20,000 nucleotides of DNA, from IMG/VR virus record IMGVR_UViG_3300042901_000675; one strand, written 5' to 3'. Positions 1 through 9,600 of this stretch are shown here, piece by piece (the stretch's first letter is position 1; every line of letters begins with the position of its first letter). Source of the DNA: an uncultured virus (IMG/VR IMGVR_UViG_3300042901_000675) (taxonomy: Duplodnaviria > Heunggongvirae > Uroviricota > Caudoviricetes). The notes below the pieces were generated by a model that had not been told where the DNA came from, searched no databases, and worked only from the letters and a program-made list of their open reading frames with translations. The position numbers and the translations under genes were made by a program.

Positions 1-236
1 GTCCAGCCTTTGAGAAATACTTGGATAAGTTCTACGAAGCAGGAGTAGCAGAGTTAGCCGTTACCGAAGATGTAACAGCAAACCCGGATCTAGTGGCTGT
101 TGACATTCATAAAGATACATTACAGTTACTTCATGAAGAGATTGATACAGTTACAGAAAAATCAATTAATAAAAATGTGCTTGCTGATATTATAAACTCA
201 GCATATAATGCCGCAATGTCAAAGGATGAAGATTGA
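1..236 (+). CDS. gp47: T4 gp47-like recombination endonuclease subunit (Mre11/SbcD-like), 3' end only
   Basis: Frame is open from the window edge (PAFEKYLDKFYEAG...), so the TTG at 21 is not the true start. The acidic C-terminal tail overlaps the gp46-like gene by 4 nt, matching T4 47-46 order. Catalytic motifs lie outside the window, so the call rests mainly on synteny. Confidence 0.75.
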   Translation, partial: PAFEKYLDKFYEAGVAELAVTEDVTANPDLVAVDIHKDTLQLLHEEIDTVTEKSINKNVLADIINSAYNAAMSKDED

Positions 237-1954
237 TAGATTTTCTAACAGTTCGTTTTAAAAACTTTGGTTCATTTGGTAATAATTTTTCTGAGATCAA
301 ACTCGATAATTATAAGACCACATTAGTTACTGGCACCAATGGAAACGGTAAGTCTTTTGCTCTATTAGACTCTCTCTGCTTTGGTTTGTTTGGAAAGCCA
401 TTCAGACCTATTAATATTCCACAACTAATCAATACAGTTAATGCCAAGCAGTGTGTTGTAGAAATTGAATTTAAGAAGTCAAACTGCCATTTTCTAGTTC
501 GCCGTGGTCTCGCACCTAAAATCTTTGAGATTTATAAAGATGGAGAAATGCTTGACCAAAACGCTAAGACTAAAGATTATCAAGAAATGTTTGAAGAAAA
601 CATTCTTGGATTTGATTATGCAGCCTTCAAGCAGGTAGTTATTCTTGGTAAGTCTAACTTTGTTCCTTTCATGCAGTTGACTCCTGCTGAAAGACGTAAG
701 ATTATTGAAGGTCTTTTGAATCTTGATATTCTTGCTGACATGAATCTATATGTTAAGGGTCAACTATCAGGATTAAAACTGTCTCTTGGTGAACAAGAAA
801 GCATGTTAAAGATTGTACATGAAAAGATTAAGTCTCAGAAAGAAGTATTAGAAACAATTCAAACTACCGCAGTAGAAGAGATCAAGTCTATTGAAGCATC
901 TATTCAAGATTATACAACTAAGATTGCAGATGATAATGTGCTTCAAGCAAAGCATGAAAAAAATCTAAAAGATGTATCTGCTAAACTTACCAAGAAGTTA
1001 ACAAACCTAAGTGCTCTAAAAGATGTTCCTGCTATGTTAACCAAGGCAGAAGTATTAGAGGCAACTTTGGTTGAAGAGATTGTTTCTCTTAAAGAAAATG
1101 CCTTATGTAAGTGCTGTGGTCAGGATCTACCTAAGTTTCAAAAAGAAAAACATATTCAAGATAAAGAATCTAAGTTGGAAGATTGTCGCAAGGCAATTGT
1201 TATTGCCACAAAGAAGAATGCAGAACTTTTAGAACTTCAAACTGAAGTAGAAGAACTAAAGACACTCAAACAAAAACATCAGTCTGATAATAACGATATC
1301 TCATATCAAATTATCAGCAATCAATCTTCTCTTAGTTTTATGAAAAAAGAAAAGAATAAGAAGTTGGTGAACGAAAATGAGAATACATTATTGCAAAAAA
1401 TCAAAGATGCAGAATTGGAAAAGGAAAATGCTACTAGGCAATTGGACGCATTAATTACCAAACAAATACACCATGATATTGTCTACGATATACTCAAAGA
1501 TGGCGGTCTCAAAAGCCGCATTATTACACATTATGTTCCCATCATCAATGGACTCGTTAACAAGTTCCTCGGAAAACTTAATCTTTATGTTGACTTCACC
1601 ATCGATGAAGAGTTCAAGGAAACAATTAAGTCACGATACCGAGATGCATTCTCATATTCCTCTTTCTCTGAGGGAGAAAAACAACGCATTGACTTGGCAA
1701 TTCTATTGACTTGGCGTGAAGTTGCACGAATGAAAAATAGCCTTAACTGTAACCTATTAATCTTTGATGAGATTTTAGACTCATCTCTTGATGCTGCTGG
1801 TACTGAAGCCTTTATGAAAATTTTAAATAAGATGACCAACAAATGCTCTATCTATATCATCAGCCACAAGGCAGACCAGTTGGTAGATAAATTTGATCAA
1901 AGTATGCAATTTGAAAAGAAAAATAACTTTTCAAAGATAAAGACAAATATCTAA
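233..1954 (+). CDS. gp46: T4 gp46-like recombination endonuclease ATPase subunit (Rad50/SbcC-like)
   Basis: N-terminal FKNFGSFGN, Walker A GTNGNGKS, Q-loop FKQVVILG, coiled coil with central zinc hook CKCCGQ, signature FSEGEKQR, Walker B/D-loop LLIFDEILDSSLD, H-loop IISH. 573 aa. Confidence 0.96.
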   Translation: MIDFLTVRFKNFGSFGNNFSEIKLDNYKTTLVTGTNGNGKSFALLDSLCFGLFGKPFRPINIPQLINTVNAKQCVVEIEFKKSNCHFLVRRGLAPKIFEIYKDGEMLDQNAKTKDYQEMFEENILGFDYAAFKQVVILGKSNFVPFMQLTPAERRKIIEGLLNLDILADMNLYVKGQLSGLKLSLGEQESMLKIVHEKIKSQKEVLETIQTTAVEEIKSIEASIQDYTTKIADDNVLQAKHEKNLKDVSAKLTKKLTNLSALKDVPAMLTKAEVLEATLVEEIVSLKENALCKCCGQDLPKFQKEKHIQDKESKLEDCRKAIVIATKKNAELLELQTEVEELKTLKQKHQSDNNDISYQIISNQSSLSFMKKEKNKKLVNENENTLLQKIKDAELEKENATRQLDALITKQIHHDIVYDILKDGGLKSRIITHYVPIINGLVNKFLGKLNLYVDFTIDEEFKETIKSRYRDAFSYSSFSEGEKQRIDLAILLTWREVARMKNSLNCNLLIFDEILDSSLDAAGTEAFMKILNKMTNKCSIYIISHKADQLVDKFDQSMQFEKKNNFSKIKTNI

Positions 1955-1957
1955 ATA
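1951..1957 (+). promoter_or_regulatory. Putative T4-type (gp55-dependent) late promoter, CTAAATA
   Basis: Resembles T4 late consensus TATAAATA, contains the gp46 stop codon, and lies 5 nt before ATG 1963. The motif recurs before other structural-looking genes. Confidence 0.55.
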
Positions 1958-1962
1958 TTTTT

Positions 1963-2304
1963 ATGAGTGTTAAAAAGCCAGAAATATCTCTCAGTACTGA
2001 CACGATTGCAAAAAATCCGGTCACAACTCCACAGTATACAGCTAAAAGTGTTAATGGATCTGTTATAACTTATAATCGTGGTGATAACGTTACAAGCCAA
2101 GGTAGATTTTATAAGTGTTTAAAAGCAACAACTCTAAGTCCTTTACAAGATAAATCAAATTGGGCTTTTACAGGAATGTCTGAAACATTTAAAGGTTCTG
2201 TACCACCTATAAAACCATTAGAAAATCAATTGTGGATGGCTGATACTGGTGCATTATATATTTGGTATAAAGATATTTCGGGATTTCAATGGGTTCAGAT
2301 TTGA
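1963..2304 (+). CDS. Small hypothetical protein with a CBM5/12-like carbohydrate-binding segment and a fibre-type C-terminal motif
   Basis: YNRGDNVTSQGRFYKC...P....NW resembles the CBM5/12 pattern (YxxGDxVxxxGxxYxC). C-terminal PP..P..NQLW..DTG.LY.W......QWVQ resembles motifs in ORFs 14567 and 17663. Confidence 0.6.
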   Translation: MSVKKPEISLSTDTIAKNPVTTPQYTAKSVNGSVITYNRGDNVTSQGRFYKCLKATTLSPLQDKSNWAFTGMSETFKGSVPPIKPLENQLWMADTGALYIWYKDISGFQWVQI

Positions 2305-2328
2305 CTATTTCAATACAGGAGATATACT
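2301..2328 (+). promoter_or_regulatory. Putative sigma70-type early/middle promoter for the gp45-gp44-gp62-regA operon
   Basis: TTGACT (2301-2306), 16-nt spacer, TATACT (2323-2328), each 5/6 to consensus, at the gene junction upstream of the replication genes. Confidence 0.65.
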
Positions 2329-2334
2329 AGGGCT

Positions 2335-2487
2335 ATGAACGAGGAAAGTTTTCAGAAGTTTAGTAACCGAGGCAAGAATAAGCCATCAGGTTTGGGTAAA
2401 AAGCAACAGAAGAGAAGTAAGCGTGGAGATCGCCACGAACAGAAGCAGCAACTTAACGATATCGTTTATCGTAAAGAACGTGATTAA
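2335..2487 (+). CDS. 50-aa basic hypothetical protein (below the ORF-track cutoff)
   Basis: Hand translation: MNEESFQKFSNRGKNKPSGLGKKQQKRSKRGDRHEQKQQLNDIVYRKERD*. It fills the gap between the promoter and gp45. Confidence 0.7.
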   Translation: MNEESFQKFSNRGKNKPSGLGKKQQKRSKRGDRHEQKQQLNDIVYRKERD

Positions 2488-2506
2488 TTTTTAGAAAGAT
2501 TTATAT

Positions 2507-3178
2507 ATGGAAACTGTGACAAAAATGCGTTTATCAAAAGACACCTATAACATTCTCAAGAATTTTGCAGCAATCAATTCAAATATTCTTATTTCACCAG
2601 GAAACGTCCTCAAGACTATCTCTCCTGGTAAGAATATTTACGTTGAGGCTACAATCTCAGAGGACTTTGATGTTGAAGTTCCTGTTTGGGATTTGAACAA
2701 GTTTTTGGGTGTTGTAAGTATGTTCTCAAACCCCGATTTAGAGTTCCACGATACCCATGTAGTCGTTTCTAACGGCAGATCGAGTGTTACATACTATTAC
2801 TCAGAACCAAGCCTCTTAACGGTTCCTACTAGAGAACTCAAGATGCCAAAGACTACAATTAAGTTTGATCTTGATGAAAAGGATCTAAATGAAATTTTGA
2901 AGGCAGCAAGCATTCTACAAGTAAGTGATCTTCGTATGATTGGTGGAGAAGGTTCTTTCCGTATTATGGTTGATGATTCTAGTCAGAGTACTACCAATAG
3001 TTTTGAGATCGTTTTAGATGAAAACTATACTGGTAAGGATTTTGAAGGTACTTTGAATGTATCTGAGATTAAGTTTATTCCTGGTTCCTACACTGTGGAA
3101 TTGAGTGATACTATTATCTCTAAGTTTACTCATAAGAGTCTGGAACTTGCTTACTACATCGCTATCAAGCGGGGTTAA
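2507..3178 (+). CDS. gp45: T4 gp45-like DNA polymerase sliding clamp
   Basis: MRLSKDTYNILKNFAAINSNILI matches the gp45 N-terminus. WDLNKFL motif, C-terminal YYIA, 223 aa, directly upstream of gp44. The start may be the second Met (2525). Confidence 0.95.
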   Translation: METVTKMRLSKDTYNILKNFAAINSNILISPGNVLKTISPGKNIYVEATISEDFDVEVPVWDLNKFLGVVSMFSNPDLEFHDTHVVVSNGRSSVTYYYSEPSLLTVPTRELKMPKTTIKFDLDEKDLNEILKAASILQVSDLRMIGGEGSFRIMVDDSSQSTTNSFEIVLDENYTGKDFEGTLNVSEIKFIPGSYTVELSDTIISKFTHKSLELAYYIAIKRG

Positions 3179-3180
3179 TT

Positions 3181-4125
3181 GTGTCTGACATTAATAGTCT
3201 GCTCTGGGTTGAAAAATATCGACCCAAGTCATTATCTGATTGTATTCTTCCTATTGATCTTACCACGATTTTTAATGGTATGATCAAGGAAGGTACAATT
3301 CCTAATATGATGCTATATGGCAAGGCGGGTACGGGAAAGACAACCGTAGCCCGTGCTCTTGCCAATGACATCGGTGCCGAAAGTATTATTATTAACTGTT
3401 CTGAAGAGAATGGTATTGATACATTACGCACGAAGATTCGTAATTATGCCTCAACGGTTTCCCTAAGTGGAAATCTAAAGGTTGTAATTTTGGATGAGTT
3501 TGATTATGCCAACGCACAGTCAATTCAGCCTGCTCTTCGTGGAGCCATTGAAGAATTTGCAAAGAACTGCAGATTCATCATGACTTGCAATTACAAGAAT
3601 CGTATCATTGAGCCATTGCACTCTCGTTGCACCGGTATTGATTTTACAGTTCCTAATGCCGAGAAGGCTGCTGTTGCATCTGCAATGATGAAGCGTGTGG
3701 AGTATATTCTTGCACAAGAGAAGATTCCGTATGAGAAAACAGTAATTGTAAACCTTGTTAAGAAGCATTTTCCTGATCTTCGCCGTATTATCAATGAACT
3801 ACAGAGATACGCCTCTGCAGGTAGTATTGATATTGGAGTTCTTGGTCAAGGTAGTAGTGAGTCCTACAAGGAACTTTTAGGATTTATGAAGAATAAGGAT
3901 TTTGTATCGTGTCGTAAGTGGGTGGTACAGAATCTAGATCTTAATACATCTGATTTTTATAAACGTTTATATACTGAACTATATACATCTCTTAAGAATC
4001 CTTCGGTACCACAGGCTATTCTGATTATTGCTGAATACCAATATAAGTCTGCATTTGCAGCAGACCAAGAAATTAACACCATGGCATTGATTGTTCAACT
4101 TATGATGGACTGTGAGTTTAACTGA
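3181..4125 (+). CDS. gp44: T4 gp44-like clamp loader AAA+ ATPase subunit (RFC-like)
   Basis: LWVEKYRP, Walker A GKAGTGKT, Walker B ILDEFD, SRC arginine finger, FPDLRR. GTG start, 314 aa. Confidence 0.97.
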   Translation: MSDINSLLWVEKYRPKSLSDCILPIDLTTIFNGMIKEGTIPNMMLYGKAGTGKTTVARALANDIGAESIIINCSEENGIDTLRTKIRNYASTVSLSGNLKVVILDEFDYANAQSIQPALRGAIEEFAKNCRFIMTCNYKNRIIEPLHSRCTGIDFTVPNAEKAAVASAMMKRVEYILAQEKIPYEKTVIVNLVKKHFPDLRRIINELQRYASAGSIDIGVLGQGSSESYKELLGFMKNKDFVSCRKWVVQNLDLNTSDFYKRLYTELYTSLKNPSVPQAILIIAEYQYKSAFAADQEINTMALIVQLMMDCEFN

Positions 4126-4505
4126 TGCAACTAAAAGACTTTTTATCTAGTATAAACCATGACAAGAAACCTCTTCTCGATACAGATGAGGGCGCGGTCA
4201 AGGCATATACACCGTTTGTAGTCAATCGGTGTTTATCTTATTTTGCAGATACCTTATTTCATGCCAACGAGATGAATTGTTCTCCTTGGTTAGACAACAA
4301 GAGTCAATTTGATTTCTATCGGCTTGCTGTTCGTAAAAAGAAGCGGTTTTCTCCTTGGTTACGTAAAGATACCGAAGAGAATGTAACGCTAATAAAGCAG
4401 GCATATGGTTACACAGAATCCAAGGCTAGAGAAGTACTAAATATACTGAGTACCGAGGATTTGCAAGAAATACGCAAAGCCCTTGATACTGGTGGTGTGA
4501 GGTAA
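4125..4505 (+). CDS. gp62: T4 gp62-like clamp loader small subunit
   Basis: LKDFLSSIN, YTPFVVNRCLSYFADT, ANEMN, RKKKRFSPW, YGY...KA.E.L..L, terminal GG. TGATG overlap with gp44. Confidence 0.93.
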   Translation: MQLKDFLSSINHDKKPLLDTDEGAVKAYTPFVVNRCLSYFADTLFHANEMNCSPWLDNKSQFDFYRLAVRKKKRFSPWLRKDTEENVTLIKQAYGYTESKAREVLNILSTEDLQEIRKALDTGGVR

Positions 4506-4522
4506 TTTAGTAAGGATTTGTT

Positions 4523-4948
4523 ATGTCTGATCTATCTGATAAAACATTTAAAAATATTGGCGTTCATATTACTCTTTTGGATGAAGAAGATTTCATGGTT
4601 GTTCGTGAAACTCTTTCTCGTATTGGTGTATCTCCAAAAGGAAAGAATGTCTTATACCAATCATGTCATCTAATTCATAAAGATGACGTTTATATCATTG
4701 CACACTTCAAAGAACTATTTGCACTAGATGATCTTCCATCTAATGTATCAGATGAAGATTTGCAAAGACGTAATGCTATCGTTAAATTACTCGAAGAATG
4801 GGAACTTCTTGAAGTAGTTGATAAAGATAAACTTAAAGATTGTATGCCAATCAATGGTATTAAAATTATTAAGCACACAGAAAAAGATAATTGGGATTTG
4901 ATTCCTAAATTTAATACCGGATCACTACGTAAATTTTTTAATTCATAA
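4523..4948 (+). CDS. regA: RegA translational repressor
   Basis: DFMVVRETLSRIGV, LYQSCHLIHK, YIIAHFKELFALD, RRNAIVKLLEEWELL, W.LIPKF. Follows gp62 as in T4, with an AGGA Shine-Dalgarno. Confidence 0.96.
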   Translation: MSDLSDKTFKNIGVHITLLDEEDFMVVRETLSRIGVSPKGKNVLYQSCHLIHKDDVYIIAHFKELFALDDLPSNVSDEDLQRRNAIVKLLEEWELLEVVDKDKLKDCMPINGIKIIKHTEKDNWDLIPKFNTGSLRKFFNS

Positions 4949-4956
4949 GGATGACT

Positions 4957-6174
4957 ATGTATAATTTGACACTATCTATGATCGTTAAGGACGAAGCACC
5001 AAATATCGAAAGATGCCTAGCTTCATGCGCACCGTTTATTAATTATTATGTTATTTGTGATACGGGTTCAACCGATAACACAAAGGAAATAATTAAGAAG
5101 TTCTTTGATGAAAAGGGAATTCCTGGTGAAATTCTAGATCATGAATGGTCTGATTTCGGAACCAACCGATCCAAGGCATTGGAAGCGTGCATGGGTAAAA
5201 CCAAGTGGGTTATGATGATTGATGCGGATGATTTTCTTGTTGGAGAACTACCAGTAGCATCCTTCGATGATACATTAGATGGTTATGTTGTACAAATAAA
5301 AAGAGGTGAGTTTCAGTGGCTTCGTGCACAAGTTTTCAATGTTGCTAGAAAGAAGTGGTGGTATGAAGAACCGTTGCATGAATATGCAATGTGTGAACAG
5401 CCCATGAATGTTAAAAAGCTTGAAGGTAATTATGGATGGGAAGTCCGTACCGAAGGTTGTCGTTCACGTGCCGTTGCTAATGATATTGAAAAGTATACTA
5501 AAGATTATCATATTCTTAAGTCGTACCTAGATAAAGATCCAAATCAACCTCGTAAACAATTTTATGCCGCCCAATCGGCATTTGATGCCAGAATGTACGA
5601 TGTTGCAGAAGTAGAATATATGGCACGAATTAAACTTGAATCCTGGCACGAAGAAGTATTCTTCTCTTGGATGCGAGTAGGTATGTGTCGTGAATTCCAA
5701 GGAAAACCTGTACATGAAATTGCAGATGCCTTTATGATGGCATTTGAGACTGCTCCTAATCGAGTAGAACCACTATATCATCTTTCTTGCATTTATAGAA
5801 AGTATAATAGACCTAGAAATGCATTCTTGGTAGCTTCATTGGGTCTTAGTATTCCTCTTCCAGAAAATGACATTCTTTTTGTTGACAAGGCAAATTATGC
5901 ATGGGGAATTTTTGATGAGGTTGCTACAACTGCATATTACACTGGTAGACCTGAAATTGGTATTGCAACATGTGAAAAGTTGTTAAAGGAACCACATCTG
6001 CCACAGGAACACAGAGAAAGAATTGCCAATAATTATAAAATTTATGGCCAAGGTATGCAAAAGATGCAAGAAGCTCTTGCTAACCAAAATAAAGAATGGG
6101 CAGAAAAGGTAACCAAAGCAACTAATAAAACAACTTTGGTAATGGATCCCAAAGCCGCTACGGTCAAACTCTGA
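4957..6174 (+). CDS. Family 2 (GT-A fold) glycosyltransferase with C-terminal TPR-like repeats
   Basis: LSMIVKDEAPNIERCL, DTGSTDNT, W.DFG..R..AL, DxD motif IDADD, LHE, then helical TPR-like units (PRKQFYAAQS, PNRVEPLYHLSCIY). AAGGA at 4947-4951 favours ATG 4957 over 4951. Confidence 0.9.
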   Translation: MYNLTLSMIVKDEAPNIERCLASCAPFINYYVICDTGSTDNTKEIIKKFFDEKGIPGEILDHEWSDFGTNRSKALEACMGKTKWVMMIDADDFLVGELPVASFDDTLDGYVVQIKRGEFQWLRAQVFNVARKKWWYEEPLHEYAMCEQPMNVKKLEGNYGWEVRTEGCRSRAVANDIEKYTKDYHILKSYLDKDPNQPRKQFYAAQSAFDARMYDVAEVEYMARIKLESWHEEVFFSWMRVGMCREFQGKPVHEIADAFMMAFETAPNRVEPLYHLSCIYRKYNRPRNAFLVASLGLSIPLPENDILFVDKANYAWGIFDEVATTAYYTGRPEIGIATCEKLLKEPHLPQEHRERIANNYKIYGQGMQKMQEALANQNKEWAEKVTKATNKTTLVMDPKAATVKL

Positions 6175-6189
6175 TAATCTTCAAAGCTT

Positions 6190-6196
6190 CTAAATA
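6190..6196 (+). promoter_or_regulatory. Putative late promoter, CTAAATA
   Basis: Intergenic copy of the recurring motif at the head of the fibre gene block. Confidence 0.55.
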
Positions 6197-6207
6197 TAGG
6201 AGAATCT

Positions 6208-6233
6208 ATAATAGCCTTTAATAGGGCTATTAT
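6208..6233 (+). terminator. Stem-loop: possible intrinsic terminator or 5'-UTR regulatory hairpin
   Basis: ATAATAGCCTT-TAAT-AGGGCTATTAT forms an 11-bp stem with one G-U pair, followed by TCTTT. Confidence 0.45.
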
Positions 6234-6252
6234 TCTTTGGAGAATCCTAATA

Positions 6253-6651
6253 ATGTCAGATAACTTTAATCCAGTTGTTGTCAAAGGTGATACGTTAACT
6301 TGGGTGATGAATCTTGCTAATGCAGCGGGGAATACCTTTGATTTGGGTGGATCTACATTATCCATGCAAGTTAGAAAAAGTTATCATCCAAGTGGTCTTT
6401 TAGTCTCATATGAGCTTGGAATACCAGCTGGATCTGTAGTTGTTCCTGTAGATGGAATTACTGGAGGATTGGCAGCAAGTGCTACAGGGGGAACAATATA
6501 TGTTACTATTGGCTCCGAATACACTAAAAGTTTTTCAGAATATTCTTCATCATTTTATGATATGCAACTTCAATACCCAAATAATGGTGGTGTAGTCACC
6601 CTATTAAGAGGAAGAATTGAAACTCTTCCTGATGTAACTGAGAGTACTTAA
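6253..6651 (+). CDS. Small beta-sandwich virion protein, probable fibre adaptor/collar (BppU-N/LtfC-like)
   Basis: Pattern KGDTL...DL.G....MQVRK...G.I...I....T...YD.......G....LL.G.I...PDVT recalls small phage proteins found just before tail fibres. GGAG Shine-Dalgarno, and 1 nt from the next gene. Confidence 0.55.
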   Translation: MSDNFNPVVVKGDTLTWVMNLANAAGNTFDLGGSTLSMQVRKSYHPSGLLVSYELGIPAGSVVVPVDGITGGLAASATGGTIYVTIGSEYTKSFSEYSSSFYDMQLQYPNNGGVVTLLRGRIETLPDVTEST

Positions 6652-6652
6652 T

Positions 6653-9600
6653 ATGGCAAGCCCAAGCAAAACAGTTCAAGTAACCGTATATCCAACTCCC
6701 TATGCTGTTGAAGGTGTTCCTGGAGTACCAGGATCAACTGGACCAGCTGGTCCACAAGGTAATACAGGTCAAGGTTTCTTTTTATTAAATTTTACAGGTT
6801 CTATTACTGTAAATTATGGTACTAGTAGTACATTAAATGTTAACTTAGCTTCGAATGCTAATGCAATATCTGTTGGACACACAATAAAAATAAGTTTTAC
6901 AGATATTGGAAATTATATTTATGGAACAGTTACGGCATATTCTGGTAATCAAATAACATTTATTCAAGTTAGCGGTACGGCTGTTAATGGTAATACGTCT
7001 AATGTTGGTACAATTATTTACGATACTATTCCTGCAGATGATGGTATTGCTACACAGATGGCTCTCACTACAACCAATACTGAAGATGTACAATATCTTG
7101 TATTTGCTGGTGGGTGTGGTAACCAAGCATTAAAAATTGATGGAGGACTCTCTCCTCTTAGATATACTCCTAACCCATCACAATTATCTCTTAATTCAGT
7201 ATTAGTAGGTAGTGGAAGTTTTGAAGTAGAACTAAGCGGAGCGGAGTTGTCTGCAACTAGTTTCTTTTACTTTAGAGCACAAGATGGAATATTCTTTCAA
7301 GATCGTAGTCTTGTTCAATTGGGTGATGTAGAATCTAATAATTATGGAACGGTTTTAGAAGTATTGGGATCAACTAGTTCTAATATGGTTAAGATCCGAA
7401 ACCAAAATCCACTTTCTCCTGATACCAATCTTGTGATTAATAGAAATAGTGTTTTAGCTAGAACCCATGCTATAGAAGTTAATAAAAGTGATGGAAAAAT
7501 TCTAAAGCTTATTTACAACGATGTTACTGATGGTGCTATTACAAATGCTACTTTAGACCTTTCATCATCTGGAAATATGATTCTAACACCAAGTGGTGGT
7601 TTAGTATATATTAATGGTAATATTGGTGTTAGTGGGAGTTATCAGGGAACTGTTGTACAAAGTATAAATGGCATTACTGGAACGATAGATTTTCTTGCTG
7701 GTCAAAATGTAACATTGGGGATTAGTGGAAATAGTGTAACTATCGCATCTTCTGGTGGTATTACTAGTGGAGTCTCATCACTTAATGGTCTTAGTGGTGG
7801 TATTAATTTAGTAGCAGGTTTAAATGTTGGTATAACTTTATCTGGTAATAATATTGAAATTTCTTCTATTGGGGGAGTTGGTTCAACTGGTCCTACTGGT
7901 CCACAAGGAAATACTGGTGCTACTGGTCCACAAGGAAATACTGGTGCCACTGGTGCAGGTTCCACGGCTCCTGGTCCTACTGGTCCTCAAGGAAATACTG
8001 GAAATCAGGGAAATACTGGTGCAACTGGTGCAACATCTACTGTTCCCGGCCCAACAGGTCCGCAAGGAAATACTGGGAATCAAGGAAATACGGGCGCAAC
8101 TGGTAGAACAGGTAATACAGGTGCAACTGGTGCAGATTCAACCGTTCCTGGTCCTAGAGGCAATACTGGTTCAACGGGTTCCACTGGTGCTACTGGTAAT
8201 GCTGGTCCAACTGGTAGTACGGGGCTAGCTGGTGATATTTACAAATCAACAGGTACAGCGGGTATAACCTTGGCATCTATTGGTGCTGGTGTTACATTAA
8301 CAGTGCCATCTGGATTAGCCTATAGTAAAGTTCAAACTGTTTTAGTTGCAGCTGGAGCATCTCAATATTTTATCGCAACAGTTAATAGTTATAGTGGTGT
8401 AACATTATCTCTTGTTGTTAATTCTGTTACTGGTACCGCGTATTCAAATTCATGGGATGTAAATCTTAATGGTGCTGTTGGACAAAAGGGCGATCAAGGA
8501 ATTCAAGGTCCTACTGGTCTACAAGGAACTACTGGTAATACAGGTTCTACAGGAAATACTGGTAATACTGGTGCTACTGGTATTCAAGGTACTACAGGTA
8601 ATACTGGTGCAACCGGTATTCAGGGGAATACTGGTGCTACTGGTAATGTAACGCTTTCTGGTCTTTGTTTCACACAATCTGGTAGCGGTGCAGTAGCTCG
8701 TACAATTGACAGTAAATTGAAAGATGTATTTTCTGTTAAGGACTTTGGTGCAGTTGGTGATGGTATTACAGATGATAGAGCCGCTATTCAAACAGCATTG
8801 GGTGCTATGTTTGGATTGAGCGGTATCTCTTCGGGAACAATATATTTTCCATATGGAAGATATAAAATAAATGCAGCACTTGGTTATGAACCTGTTAATA
8901 AAGATATTAAACTTTTAGGAGATAATGCCACTATCCAATGGGGTTCTGCTACTGGTGCTGGAATGTTGACATTAAACGGAAATACCAACTATATTCATAT
9001 AGAAGGTATAATTTTTGATGCAAATAATACAAATTCTAGAATTTTTCAATCTTATTCTGCTGCTCAATCAGCTGCAAGAATTTTTATTAATAATTGTCAG
9101 TTTCTTAATACTTTTGCTACAACTGAAACACCAGCGAGTTTAGGATGTTATATTGAGGGTGGGTTTGAAAGTGTTACATTAACAAATTCATTATTTAAAA
9201 ATATACTTAGATCTTCGGCTGGAATAACTGGTGGTGGTTGTCAAGCCTTTGTTGTAACAAACCGAGGCGCAGAAACCCAATATGCTGAATGGGTTAATGT
9301 AACAAATAATGTATTTGAAAATATTTTAACAGGAACTTCTGGTGGAAATGTTGAGAGAAACTCTGATGCCGATGGAGTGGTATTATTTGGTGGAAGAACA
9401 TATGGTGCAAATACTATTCCTGCAAGCAGTATTGTAGCAAATAATAAATTCACAAATTGCCAAGGTCGTTCAATAAAAATTCAAGGAGATGAATCCACAA
9501 TAACTGGCAATCAAATCTATTGTAATGTTAGATCGATTGCTAGAGGATCACCGCACATAAATCCTCAAATTGCTGTTGGCAATGTTAGCAATAATACATT

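Noticed and set aside
1106..1117. CKCC cysteine cluster in gp46
   Set aside because: It is the ordinary Rad50-type CxxC zinc hook.
4957..6174. Glycosyltransferase as a T4-style DNA alpha/beta-glucosyltransferase
   Set aside because: Those enzymes are GT-B fold, whereas this is a GT2/GT-A enzyme with TPR-like repeats, and no base-modification genes are adjacent. A DNA substrate is disfavoured but not excluded.
1473..6365. Short overlapping ORFs within gp46, gp44, gp62, regA and the glycosyltransferase
   Set aside because: They overlap well-supported genes, are mostly antisense, and have no recognisable motifs.
7898..8160. Repeated 27- to 60-nt units as a possible CRISPR array
   Set aside because: The units are in-frame multiples of 3 that vary at wobble positions, with no unique spacers and no cas genes.
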